64,000 bases of DNA from Octopus bimaculoides (lineage: Eukaryota). The notes under the pieces are model-generated. The model ran no database searches. It saw nothing but the letters and a program-made list of their open reading frames with translations, and had not been told where the DNA came from. Every line of letters begins with the position of its first letter. The stretch's first letter is position 1. A program made the position numbers and the translations under genes. Where the stretch lies: the NCBI RefSeq assembly GCF_001194135.2, contig NC_068998.1, positions 53,165,097 through 53,229,096 of the forward strand. Reading direction: 5' to 3'. Shown here in pieces: positions 52,714 to 64,000 of the stretch.

Positions 52714-52980
52714 AATGTTAATCATAGAATTATGCTGATGGCAGGATACAGGTTATATGCAAAGGCAAGTCTCTAAGAGATGTATGAATATAATCATCTG
52801 AACTGATCACAATAAGAGGAACGGTTAGTTTGAGGAAGAGATCAATGAAAAACAAAATATTAAATTTATAAATTGAGGAAACAAATATCAAGATCTATTC
52901 ATTAATTATGGATAAGTAAATAAATGAAAGATACGGAAAAGAACATACGTAGAGAAGAAAGTGAAAAGCCAAAATGTTTC
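52714..52980 (+). mobile_element. Possible heavily decayed RTE-type reverse transcriptase remnant
   Basis: With a frameshift reads NVNH..YADG, resembling NINNLRYADD; downstream IN(E)K..K and KPKCF echo INxKKTK and AKxxF. Several stops. Confidence 0.3.
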
Positions 52981-53461
52981 ATATCGATCGTTCTTTCTTT
53001 GGACAGGTTTTGAACGTTGATTTCTTGGTCTGTTCAATGTAATCGATTCTGCGAGAAAGAAGAGACGATCACGAGAACTTTAGTCTATTGTAAGAAACTT
53101 TACAGAGAGCTGAACAGCAGAATATATTCAGGGAAGAACCTCCCACACTCTTGAAAGTGTTTTAGCAATTAACTGCTTACAATCTTATGAGGTTAGGCCG
53201 CATCTATTATAGAATATGACACATAGATAAACCTTTGTTGTCACATTGTCTGCTAATGTCTATATTATAACCACTCCTGGAAACTATCGTAAAGCCAAAG
53301 TACCCTCGGGGCGGTAACAAATTCGGTCTGAGACGGCTGTTGACTCTAACCTGAATTATAGCTCCTGAAATTTGCTTTCATTTCCACTTGACCAGAACCA
53401 GTTGACACTCTTCTCCGGTGCTTGCTTTAAGTGCTTCTGATTCTCTCCCAGATATTCTAAG

Positions 53462-53525
53462 TCATATTATATTTATTGACACCGAACGGATGAAAGACAT
53501 ATGCAAACTTCAGGGGATTTCAATA
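53462..53525 (-). mobile_element. Degenerate SINE family A core fragment
   Basis: tatttattgacaccgaacggatgaaagac...ggggatttcaa. Confidence 0.55.
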
Positions 53526-53748
53526 GGGAAAGACATAATAACGGCGCTGTAATGTTTCTAGCAATTCCTAAAATAAACAACAGATACGAAGAATTGTTAG
53601 GTATAGACAGCTTCATGTAAAGTGGAGGGAAATATCTTCACAGTTTCATGTTTTGGTTACACGACAAATTTTCTATTTGTCACTCTTTATTGAACAAACA
53701 AATAAACTATAGTATGATTACAGTGAGTGTAATCGCCTGCAAAAACTT

Positions 53749-53785
53749 GTACATACATATGTACATGCATACATATGCACATACA

Positions 53786-53820
<35 letters not shown>

Positions 53821-53880
53821 GTGTGCGTCTGTGTATGTATGTATGTATGTATGTATGTATGTATGCATGCGTGTATGTAT
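53749..53880. repeat. (TACA)n followed by inverted (TGTA)n
   Basis: Direct reading. Confidence 0.9.
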
Positions 53881-54472
53881 AGAAAAAGTGAAAGGGTACA
53901 GTGAACTGACCGTGAGGAGTGGTATATATCAGTTCAATTTTCTCTTCAACCGATACAAATCGTGAGTTTGAAAATATGTGAAGGCAAAACATTTCACATG
54001 GTTCCTCTTTTCGAAAAGAAGTGGAGAGATAAGAGAGAGGAGAAGTTGGGATTTGGAACCATATATAAGGAGATGGGTGAAAAGGGGAGTGGGAAAACGT
54101 GAGCAGATGCTGTTTAAGAGCAACATGTCTGTGTAGCCGACTCTAGTCTAGAATACTGAGGAAGAAAAATGGGGAGAAAAGTGAGAGCGCTGGTGCTTCA
54201 GACAATGGTGCACTTTCAAATATTATACAGTAATGAGTTAAACCATCTTTAATTTAAAGGCAATAATAGATAATGAAAGTTTAGCTAAATTATTCCAGAA
54301 GTACTTATCTTTTTCAATAATGACTGCCAAATTATAGCATTCTCAAAGGAAAAGTAAGTAAATTACCATTACTGAACAGGAAAAGAATAATGTACCGAGT
54401 GGAAGGTAATAGTTGATAGCGGCAGTGCTTGAACCAGAAACGAGTGGAAAATAAGTTTTCTTATCTTTTTTC

Positions 54473-54503
<31 letters not shown>

Positions 54504-55683
54504 TTTCGGAAACGAAAATAATATAAATATTTGTTCGTTTTCAAAAGATCAAAGAGTATATAAGAGTCTAGAGCAAATAACAATGAGCACGAGATCTAAA
54601 ATGTTATGGTAAGGTTACACTACATAACATTTACGTCGGTAATTTCTTTTATCGACGGAAAGAATTAAGATATAACATAAAACTGCTGATGTTAACGTTG
54701 CGTTTTATCTTCACATATCCAATGTATTTAACCGGGAAAAGTAATATTCATCTTAGATCAGCAATCGAATAGAGATTATAATGAGTTACGGGGTGGAAAG
54801 AGTATAAAAACGGGGATTTCTTAGAAATTAATGATTACTTTAAATACATGATTACAATAGATGTGTTAAGAAATAGGTCTCAAGAAATTCGTTTGTAAGA
54901 AACAGTGAGTAGAGAGTTGAATATTTTAGTCATGGAAACTGTACCAGATTTATCTAATATCCACCGAGAAGAGATTAAATAATACAAAACTAACCATTAC
55001 AGGGAATAATAAATACAACATAGTCTAAGATATGTCGATTCGCAGCAGAATGAAGCTAAATTATCCAAATATTATCATCAAAAACTGACATGAAATAAAT
55101 TTCTTCAACTGTATCACTTTTAACTGAGATATATATCTCGGAAAAAGATAAAGAAACTATCGATTTATAAATATATAGAAATAGGAATATCGATGATATA
55201 GTGATTGAAAAAAGAAACGAGCTTCATGATTTGCGGTAATAAGAGATAGAGAGAGGAGACCACGTGCTTCGTAGTCGTAGCCTCATTCTGAATAAATTAT
55301 GATACTTCTCTAACAGAGACAGAAGAACTATCTCTAGAAGTTTTCATATTCTCCATCAACGCGCTGATACTAAGTTCCACCCATACAGAAATATGAAGTT
55401 ATATAGTCGAAGATGGCTGTTCATCTGTCCCTTGATTTATTCTATGGTCATTGGACATGAGATGATTAATAAAAGTCAAACTTAAATTAGGGTTCCGAAT
55501 AAGGGAGGGAGCCATCTCTCTTTGTTGTCACCCAACCTAATGGGAAAATGTCACATCTACCTGAGTCGAGTTTCTACACGCTTGAATACATGCACCACTA
55601 AATAAAGTAATGCTGGGATCGCTACGTATTGGAATAAGGCCGGGTGGTCACGATTTGAATGCTTGTTATCAGAGGTCCACTGA

Positions 55684-55763
55684 ATCAAGCTTGATCAGGG
55701 GCACTGTATCAAGATTGATCAAGCTTGATCAGGGGCACTGGATCAAGATTGATCAAGGTTGAT
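55684..55763. repeat. 34-bp tandem repeat, ~2.3 copies, built from atcaag(c/a/g)ttgat palindromes
   Basis: atcaagcttgatcaggggcactg(t/g)atcaagattg twice, then atcaaggttgat. Confidence 0.9.
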
Positions 55764-56680
55764 GCAGTGGCATCGAAGACAACGACAATAATTATATCCT
55801 CTCCGTCAATGTCATAAAGTCATAAAGAACATCATAACCAACAATTTGTGAACTTCCCTTCTACTTTTAAATTGTTTGTCAAGGATATTAAAATACCTTT
55901 GAAATGGAAAAACATAAAGAATTGGCAATACGATGAGGTAGATTCTGAAGTTGGAAACATCATTTAGAACTTCAGAGAGAGCAATTAATAAAAGAATTGT
56001 GCCAATCTACGTTGTCGAAATATACACATGAAAGGAATGTTGTGTGCAGAAGCTTTGTGAAAACTATCAAGAAATGGACATTCTAAGAGAGAAAAAGATG
56101 TGGAAAAATCTCATATAATTAGCAAAATTATTTCTGTGTCATTAATACTTTTACAGCTCTAGTCATGTTAAACGTTTGTATAGTATTGGAGTTGAACATA
56201 GAACTGAAATTCTATAGACCGTAAAACTAAAAATTACCAAATATCACTTACAATTCACACGATTATTTTGGGTGGTTGTAAAGTACAATTAACGAGAATC
56301 GATTAATTTTGCACCACTATGTTTCTTCCAACATCGTGGAGAAGATGTTGAACTGTTGTTATTCAGGTTTAAGGCACCAGACGAAATTGATCATACTGGT
56401 AACACATTTGTTGAATGTATTCAGGTTATCCTCACAGAGGATGCATTGATCATGGAGGTATATGGAGCTTACCTTATATGCTTGTTTTTCAAGCTTACCA
56501 TGATATTTATTAGGTAAGAAAATGGAACTATACAAGTATTTCTTCACCAGTTAATGATAAACATAATGACACTAAAAATGTCAGCTACAATGAAAGCTGA
56601 GTGAATAAGTCTGCGTATAAGAAAGCCAGAGAAAGTTAACCTACACATGTTAATGCAATCGGATGTTGAATGCCGGAAGG

Positions 56681-56724
<44 letters not shown>

Positions 56725-58169
56725 TTACACACAATTTGATAATATGCATCGATGCACTAATGGAGATCTTTCTGATATTCATTTGGATGACTTTCTGTGT
56801 GTTGTTCAGTAGTGGAAGTAGTGAAACATATCTTCAGATATGGCAAGATAGGGAACTATTCCTAATAGACGACATCTCCACTATTCCAAATATAAAATAG
56901 ATATTGAATGACATAGAAATACAGAAATTTCAACATAAGAGACGTTCAGAAAGTAGTCTTCAGGGGTATTGAGTGTTAGAGTCATACGAGAAATCTAAAT
57001 CGCCTACACAAGAATGAAGAAAAGGAAACTTCACGCGTTCACTTTGCACTTGGAGCCTATCCAATTAAAAACATTATGCTTCCAAGTAGGAAACCATATT
57101 AAAAGTCGAAAAATCCTAAAGCAGAAATAAACATGAAGCGGTTATGGGAAAAAAATAAATGGTAGTAACTGGTGCGGAAGTAAGGAGAAAATACAATCAA
57201 AAAGTATATCATACAGGAACATAGAATTTGAGCAATATTTTAAATGACACCTTATATGTTCTCTAGATATTCTCTAAACACTCGTCGTATATCATGTTTA
57301 CAAAAGGACTTTCATTTTAGAATATTATCTTGAACAATACGCGCTCGAGTCACGTTGTAAAGCAGACCAAAGTACGCTTGCTTAAACATAGGTAAATGAT
57401 CGAATAAAAATAACAGACAAACCATGAGGAAAATCCAAACAGCACTTCATCAACTACAACACAAGCAAATATATGTCCAGTTTTGCAATGGAGAAAAAAA
57501 ACAATAATAAACTGTATGACTGACAAGACTAAGCTGTGATAGAATATAAGAATAAAACTGTTTGACCGGAGTAGCTATATTAAATAACCCACAATATACT
57601 GCAGAGCTATATTAAATACTAGTTCTGCAGTATATTGTGGATTAGTGGTCATGCGAAGAAATTGGAGACATTTCATGTTGAGTCAATGTGTTTGGAGATA
57701 GAAAATGTCTACGAAAAGAAAATAACAGGCAAGGGACGCATAGTAGTCCAACGATGATATCTATTTTGTTATAAAGGGAATTTGCAATAATAAACAAGAA
57801 TGTTGGTTTGAACTAAGAACTAGGAGATGACTTAGCTTCTTTGGTTAAAGGTCATAACTTGAGTGTGGTGAGAAAGCATACTGCAAGTTTAAGTAGATGT
57901 ATAAGTCGTTTTGGGAAACCATTGATTGAAAATATAATCTGCTTATTTTGTATATGAAGTGGATAATCTCGACTTTGAAATGTAGTGAGGTACTGAGAGG
58001 CGGTCATTGTTGATACTTAACAATACAACAACTGGTTAGGAAGAATATTTATGATCACAGCTCTCATATAGATTATTTTTTTCTGTTCACAGATGAGTGC
58101 AACACAGATAGGCTTGCTTAATTAAAACAAAAACTCAGTGACTACCAAGTGTATTAAAATGGTGTAAGA

Positions 58170-58470
58170 TGGAATGTCCCGGAGATATAACATATCTACC
58201 TCGACTCAGAGTTTGTTTAGCAGAGAACGTTCGTGTCGTCGTTACTCTTATTTGAAATTGCTGACGTTCCGCGATGACACTGTAACATTCGAATCACGCT
58301 TGATGTTCAGCTTGGTTAATTTCGTTGCTTGTTTGACTCTTTTTGTTCGGGTAGTGCTTGGATTGCTTTTAATCAGGGTTGAACGATCGAAATTTGTCAG
58401 TTCGCACGTGACGTTTTCACTTTTTTTTTTCCGGGAACTTCACCGGAAGAGGTCACGATAGAACAAAGCA
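58170..58470. promoter_or_regulatory. Promoter-like CpG-rich block with E-box, STAT-like and ETS motifs
   Basis: Roughly 20 CpGs in 300 bp by eye; CACGTGAC 58405-58412, TTCCGGGAA 58429-58437, CCGGAAG 58443-58449. Confidence 0.45.
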
Positions 58471-58541
58471 ATTAGGATCGTTTAGCCATGTTATGAGATT
58501 TTTCTACAATTGCCAGAAGAGAGGACGAAACAGAAGTATCC

Positions 58542-58586
58542 ATGCGTAACATCACGTGTATTTTGATATTCAGTTTTATCTCAGCA
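58542..58586 (+). CDS. Candidate first coding exon with signal-peptide-like sequence MRNITCILIFSFISA
   Basis: ~90 bp downstream of the motif cluster; n-region Arg, hydrophobic core, then GCA|GTAAGC donor. Unspliced read-through stops at 58646. Confidence 0.3.
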
Positions 58587-59434
58587 GTAAGCACTCTCAA
58601 ATATGAAGAGCTGCCAAGTGAATCTTCCATGATAAACATGCGGTAAAAACGTGACACGAATACACACTGGTTCCAGAATTGTCAGTCACTCACTAAATTG
58701 GAAATAAACATGAAATTATGAATTCGGTTTTGTAAATGTGTATTTGAATGAATTTTCAGTGTACGTTCAAACATAAATGAATGGGTACATGCATATACAC
58801 ACACACGCACTCAAACACATTGAACTTTGACAGCGAACCTCAACATAATTAAATGTATTACGAAAGAGTCATACGAGCGCCTTGAAACAACAAATACGAT
58901 ATTAATTTTCGTTTATTTTCCAACGCATGCGTATTAAAACATTATATAAGCCGTCTGCAAACTATTCACCGATTCATCTTTCGCAAATTAGTTACGGGAT
59001 AGCTGTCTATATTGCTAACGTCAGTTTTCTTACCAGTTTTACTGATGTCTGGCAGTGTTTGTATATTTTATTGTTACTGTTCTATGTCTTCACATATGAA
59101 GTTCAGTAATTTCTAGATTCTATTCTCTACATGCGTAGAGCATATTTATTTATTTTAAAAAATTCATGATCATCATTCGTCCATTTCTTTTATTGTGGAA
59201 TAAATAGTATATATTGATTGTATTTTGTCCTAATGGGAAACAGTTCTGAATATACTGAGACTATTCACTGTGTACACATATCAACTGTCTGAAATTATGT
59301 TTTGGAAAATATGCATATAGCACAGGATATTTCCTTGCATTATAGTTTTTAGCATATTTTGCTGTAATGATGAAAAAATAATGCAGACGTAATAAAAATA
59401 TAAGAAAGCAAGAATTACATATAGCGTAATATTT

Positions 59435-59577
59435 TTGTATGGGTCTCTCATATGCACACACACGAGTGCTCACACATATTTACATAGTATATCTATGTAT
59501 GCATATCCATATGTGTGCGTGCACATTTGTGAGTGTGTGCATGTGTGTGTATCTACATATGTACATATTTCTGTGCA

Positions 59578-59612
<35 letters not shown>

Positions 59613-59755
59613 GTGTGTGTGTATATGCTTATATATGTACATATTTGTATACTTATATATGTAAGTATATATACATATATACACGAACATATATATATAT
59701 ATATATATATTTGTACCAATATATACATGTATGTATGTGTATATGTATGCATATC

Positions 59756-59787
<32 letters not shown>

Positions 59788-59815
59788 TGTGCACGCGCGC
59801 GTGTGTACACCCATG
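59435..59815. repeat. Mixed (TA)n/(TG)n/(CA)n low-complexity region
   Basis: Direct reading; source of several spurious 108-144 aa ORFs. Confidence 0.9.
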
Positions 59816-60878
59816 TAAGTATATCACTGCATCTATCAGTTTTGGTAAGCAAGTGTACATGTATCAAGATTAAGTACATTTATATGTTCGAAAGCATCAT
59901 TTAGTATTTTATATAGAATATATTTTTATTTATTACCATAACAGATAAATGCATCACCCAGCAAGAAACTAACATTAATTCTTTTCTCTATAAGGAGATA
60001 GTTTGACATTATTTCTATATACAAAGCGAAAGACATTTTCAAACCAGCTGCTATGAGGAAAAAGATGGTACTAATAAAATATTATTTATGACTGTAAAAG
60101 AAATAATAATGATTATGAAATGAATAAATAAATATACATGACAGACAAAGAGGAAGAATAAAGATGTGAAACAAATATTGAAACTCAAATAGCAATATTG
60201 CAATAAAACACTTAGAACCAAAGTAAAAGAGAAAGAAAAATGAAATAATTCCAAAGGAAAGAAAACGTCCCGAAATTTATAGAAAAATATCACTGTGACT
60301 GATTTTCAACAAGGATTGCGCGATGTCGTTAGTGACAAATGACAGAGGTTCGAGGGGGCAGGTTAACAAGATACAATTCTGAAATAAATAAATACAAAAC
60401 GTTGGACTTTTTGGAAAATAGCTTAGGTATATTTACCAGTTCTGCATTTAAGAAATGAGGAATTATGTACATTATTTACATTATTTATATTAAAGATTTA
60501 TAGCTGTATAATTATGTATGCATATAGACATATAGTTATACACATGTAACCCCACTCAAATTTATATTTTGTTGGTTGAGCATATATATGTAAAATGTTT
60601 ATCAATGTATATGAATGTCGATAGACGTGTGTGTGCAGAAAAATATCAGTGACCTTACGAAATGTATCCAAAGAGATTTGTGATATTTTGGATAAAACAA
60701 ATATTTAGCAAGGAGCTATATATAATTTAGTAGATGGGAACTACTCTTTCACTTAAGGTGGCTATTGATGAATTCATAAGAATGGCTCTTAATTAAACAA
60801 TTCACTAAGAAGAAACAGTTCCACGTAATCCAGAGGAGGGGCAAGTGTATCATAAAAGTGGGAGAGAATAAGAGGTAA

Positions 60879-61039
60879 GCGCAGGCGAGGCTGTGTGGTG
60901 AGAAGCTTGCTTGCCAACCACATGTTTTCAGGTTCAGGCCTACTGCGTGGCAACTCGGGCAAGTGTCTTCTAGCATAACATCCGACCGACCAAAGTTTTG
61001 TGAGTAAATTTAGTAGACGTTAACTGAAAAAACACTGTC

Positions 61040-61040
<1 letters not shown>
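60879..61040 (+). mobile_element. SINE family B, head and CORE-like region
   Basis: gcgcaggcgaggctgtgtggtgagaag A-box region, caggttcagg B-box-like, actcgggcaagtgtcttcta, tagtagacgttaactgaaa, running into (TA)n. Confidence 0.85.
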
Positions 61041-61085
<45 letters not shown>

Positions 61086-61759
61086 NNNNNNNNNNNNNNN
61101 NNNNNNNNNNNNNNNNNNNNNNNNNNNNNNNNNNNNNNNNNNNNNNNNNNNNNNNNNNNNNNNNNNNNNNNNNNNNNNNNNNNNNNNNNNNNNNNNNNNN
61201 NNNNNNNNNNNNNNNNNNNNNNNNNNNNNNNNNNNNNNNNNNNNNNNNNNNNNNNNNNNNNNNNNNNNNNNNNNNNNNNNNNNNNNNNNNNNNNNNNNNN
61301 NNNNNNNNNNNNNNNNNNNNNNNNNNNNNNNNNNNNNNNNNNNNNNNNNNNNNNNNNNNNNNNNNNNNNNNNNNNNNNNNNNNNNNNNNNNNNNNNNNNN
61401 NNNNNNNNNNNNNNNNNNNNNNNNNNNNNNNNNNNNNNNNNNNNNNNNNNNNNNNNNNNNNNNNNNNNNNNNNNNNNNNNNNNNNNNNNNNNNNNNNNNN
61501 NNNNNNNNNNNNNNNNNNNNNNNNNNNNNNNNNNNNNNNNNNNNNNNNNNNNNNNNNNNNNNNNNNNNNNNNNNNNNNNNNNNNNNNNNNNNNNNNNNNN
61601 NNNNNNNNNNNNNNNNNNNNNNNNNNNNNNNNNNNNNNNNNNNNNNNNNNNNNNNNNNNNNNNNNNNNNNNNNNNNNNNNNNNNNNNNNNNNNNNNNNNN
61701 NNNNNNNNNNNNNNNNNNNNNNNNNNNNNNNNNNNNNNNNNNNNNNNNNNNNNNNNNNN

Positions 61760-61800
<41 letters not shown>
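61041..61800. repeat. (TA)n tracts flanking an assembly gap (N 61086-61759)
   Basis: Direct reading. Confidence 0.95.
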
Positions 61801-61806
<6 letters not shown>

Positions 61807-62189
61807 AACATAGATATATATGTGTATATCTATTACATATATATATCGTATATCAGCACTTGAGCTATGATCAAGGAACACACACACGCCTTTTGCATGT
61901 ACGTACAGTTCTGAGTGTGTGCGTGTGTGCGCAAGTGTACACGTGAGTATAATTGCGTCTTTTGCCTGCTGGAAGCTAGAGGATATTGCTGCAGTACGGG
62001 GATATCGTAAGGCTTACATTACTCTTGGCAGGCAGAAATTTTGAATCTCACATCGATGAACTACAAGCAAAATGTAGAGAGATGTGTATAGTACTAATTC
62101 GTCCTTATTTCGTATCATCAGCACTACATAACCTTTTGGAAGTGAATTAAAATAAATTTTAGCACATTACGATTTCTATCTGTCCACCT

Positions 62190-62500
<311 letters not shown>

Positions 62501-62992
62501 TTGTATATATACAGATAATGTCAGTTATAATATTTTTTGTTTTTATTTACATATATTGACGCTGCTATGGTCGCCGAAGGTAGCAATCTTTGATTTCATA
62601 AAATTATTTCGTTTCTTTAATTTTAACTTTATCGTAGTAACGAAGTTAGATATTTTTCTATATTTAGATACATTTTCAAATTATTGCAAAATAACTTTTA
62701 TATGATAGATTCTAGATGTCTAATAAAAATACCGCCCGTCCTTTTCAATCAATAATCTGAAGTAATTCGTCATTTTGGCTATGCTTTTTCTTCTATTTTA
62801 TCCTCTTATCTCCGCGTCTCTAACAAACCACGATATTGTTTTATTTTTCAATTTTCTATGTCTCTGGTTTAATGTTTTCGTATTCTCGTGCACTTAGCAA
62901 GAAAAATAACGTGGAATCGCAACTGATAAATTAAGGAAGTTCCAGTATTCCTTCAGGCACTGTCTTTTGTCGAGAACTCCGAAGACAATGAC

Positions 62993-63421
62993 CTAATCAG
63001 TGATGTCTTGATTTTTCTTTAGATTTGAAATATTCACAGCTGAAATTGATAGAAAGAACAACTTTTCTCTTTCCTATAACTTTATACTTAAGTTTCCAGA
63101 AATTCTGGAATATATCACGAAACACACCTCCACCGCCACTACCATCACATCCGCAAGTGAGATTATCGATGTAATATCCAACAATGCGGATACAAGCCAT
63201 TAGAATCTATAGTGAAAAATGAACGTAAAATGCAAAGGAATAACTGCTAACAAAATTCATAAGAGCAAAATATCCTCCCCATTTTCGCTCATACCTGCTT
63301 GTGAAAGGCGCCATATTTCCATTACTTTATTTGTCGCGGGAGGCATAATTGCATATACGTTCGAATCGTTACTCATCATATTAAGCACCTGTGATCCATG
63401 CACAAATGAGGAGCGGAAATT
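62993..63421 (-). CDS. Candidate two-exon C-terminal coding segment (exons 63421-63295 and 63039-62993), unverified
   Basis: Acceptors ttttgtgtctgtag and tgttctttctatcaatttcag, donor GCAG|GTATGA; joined frame NFRSSFVHGSQVLNMMSNDSNVYAIMPPATNKVMEIWRLSQA-AVNISNLKKNQDITD*. No homology recognised. Confidence 0.25.
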
Positions 63422-63915
63422 CTACAGACACAAAACAGATGTCACTTCAACTATTATAACAGCAAAACTTCCTTTTTATATGCTTACGGTGACCTTTCAT
63501 TTGCACATAATAAGGGACTTTGTCTTGGTTACAGGCACTAGTGGAAGTATAATGACTGTACTGGTGCGCGCAGTTTTGTCTTTTCGTGAGTGACACATTT
63601 ATTCCACATTTTTCTTCAGCAAAAGACGTTATATAATACTTTACACTTTCTCATCAAAATGAGTTTTAAATTCAACTCCCGGTGTCTAAGTATTCTTCAA
63701 TTGGCAATTACCGTTTATAAATCACCCTGTTTACATCTATATCATTATCGCAAAACAGCAACGACAAGACTACCGCATGCTGCTATACATCGTTGGGCAT
63801 TAAGTGATTCGCATTGTTTTAGCTTTCGATTAATGTTATCCGGTTCGTATCTGTATATGCGGAGCAACGATCTTTGGTAATTTTTTGGTCTTTTTACTTC
63901 AAGAAATTTAGCTGG

Positions 63916-64000
63916 GGTCGACTTTGCCTTTCATCTTTTCAGAGTCGATAAACTAAGTACCAGTTGAGTACAGGGGACGATGAAATATCTACCACGGAAC
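63916..64000 (+). mobile_element. SINE family A core, 5'-truncated, runs to window edge
   Basis: ggtcgactttgcctttcatcttttcagagtcgataaactaagtaccag. Confidence 0.88.

Noticed and set aside
60437-60486. Possible minus-strand piece of the same Penelope-like repeat
   Set aside because: Only ~15 nt of in-window overlap with 41746-41760; the rest relies on memory.

Overview
AT-rich, repeat-dense eukaryotic non-coding DNA, most likely a coleoid cephalopod (Octopus-like). This is inferred from repeat families I recognise from memory, the microsatellite load, and N-gaps inside microsatellites, typical of a short-read assembly. No protein-coding gene can be identified with confidence; nearly all listed ORFs are microsatellite or SINE read-throughs. 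The window holds three tRNA-headed SINE families (called A, B, C here), decayed LINE fragments (one clear RTE-clade piece), a hAT end, a ~1 kb foldback element, a Penelope-like terminal-repeat fragment with an intact-looking minimal hammerhead ribozyme (41666-41711), several near-perfect short hairpins, a CpG-rich promoter-like block near 58.2-58.6 kb, and a few unverified exon candidates. Repeat boundaries are approximate, read by eye.
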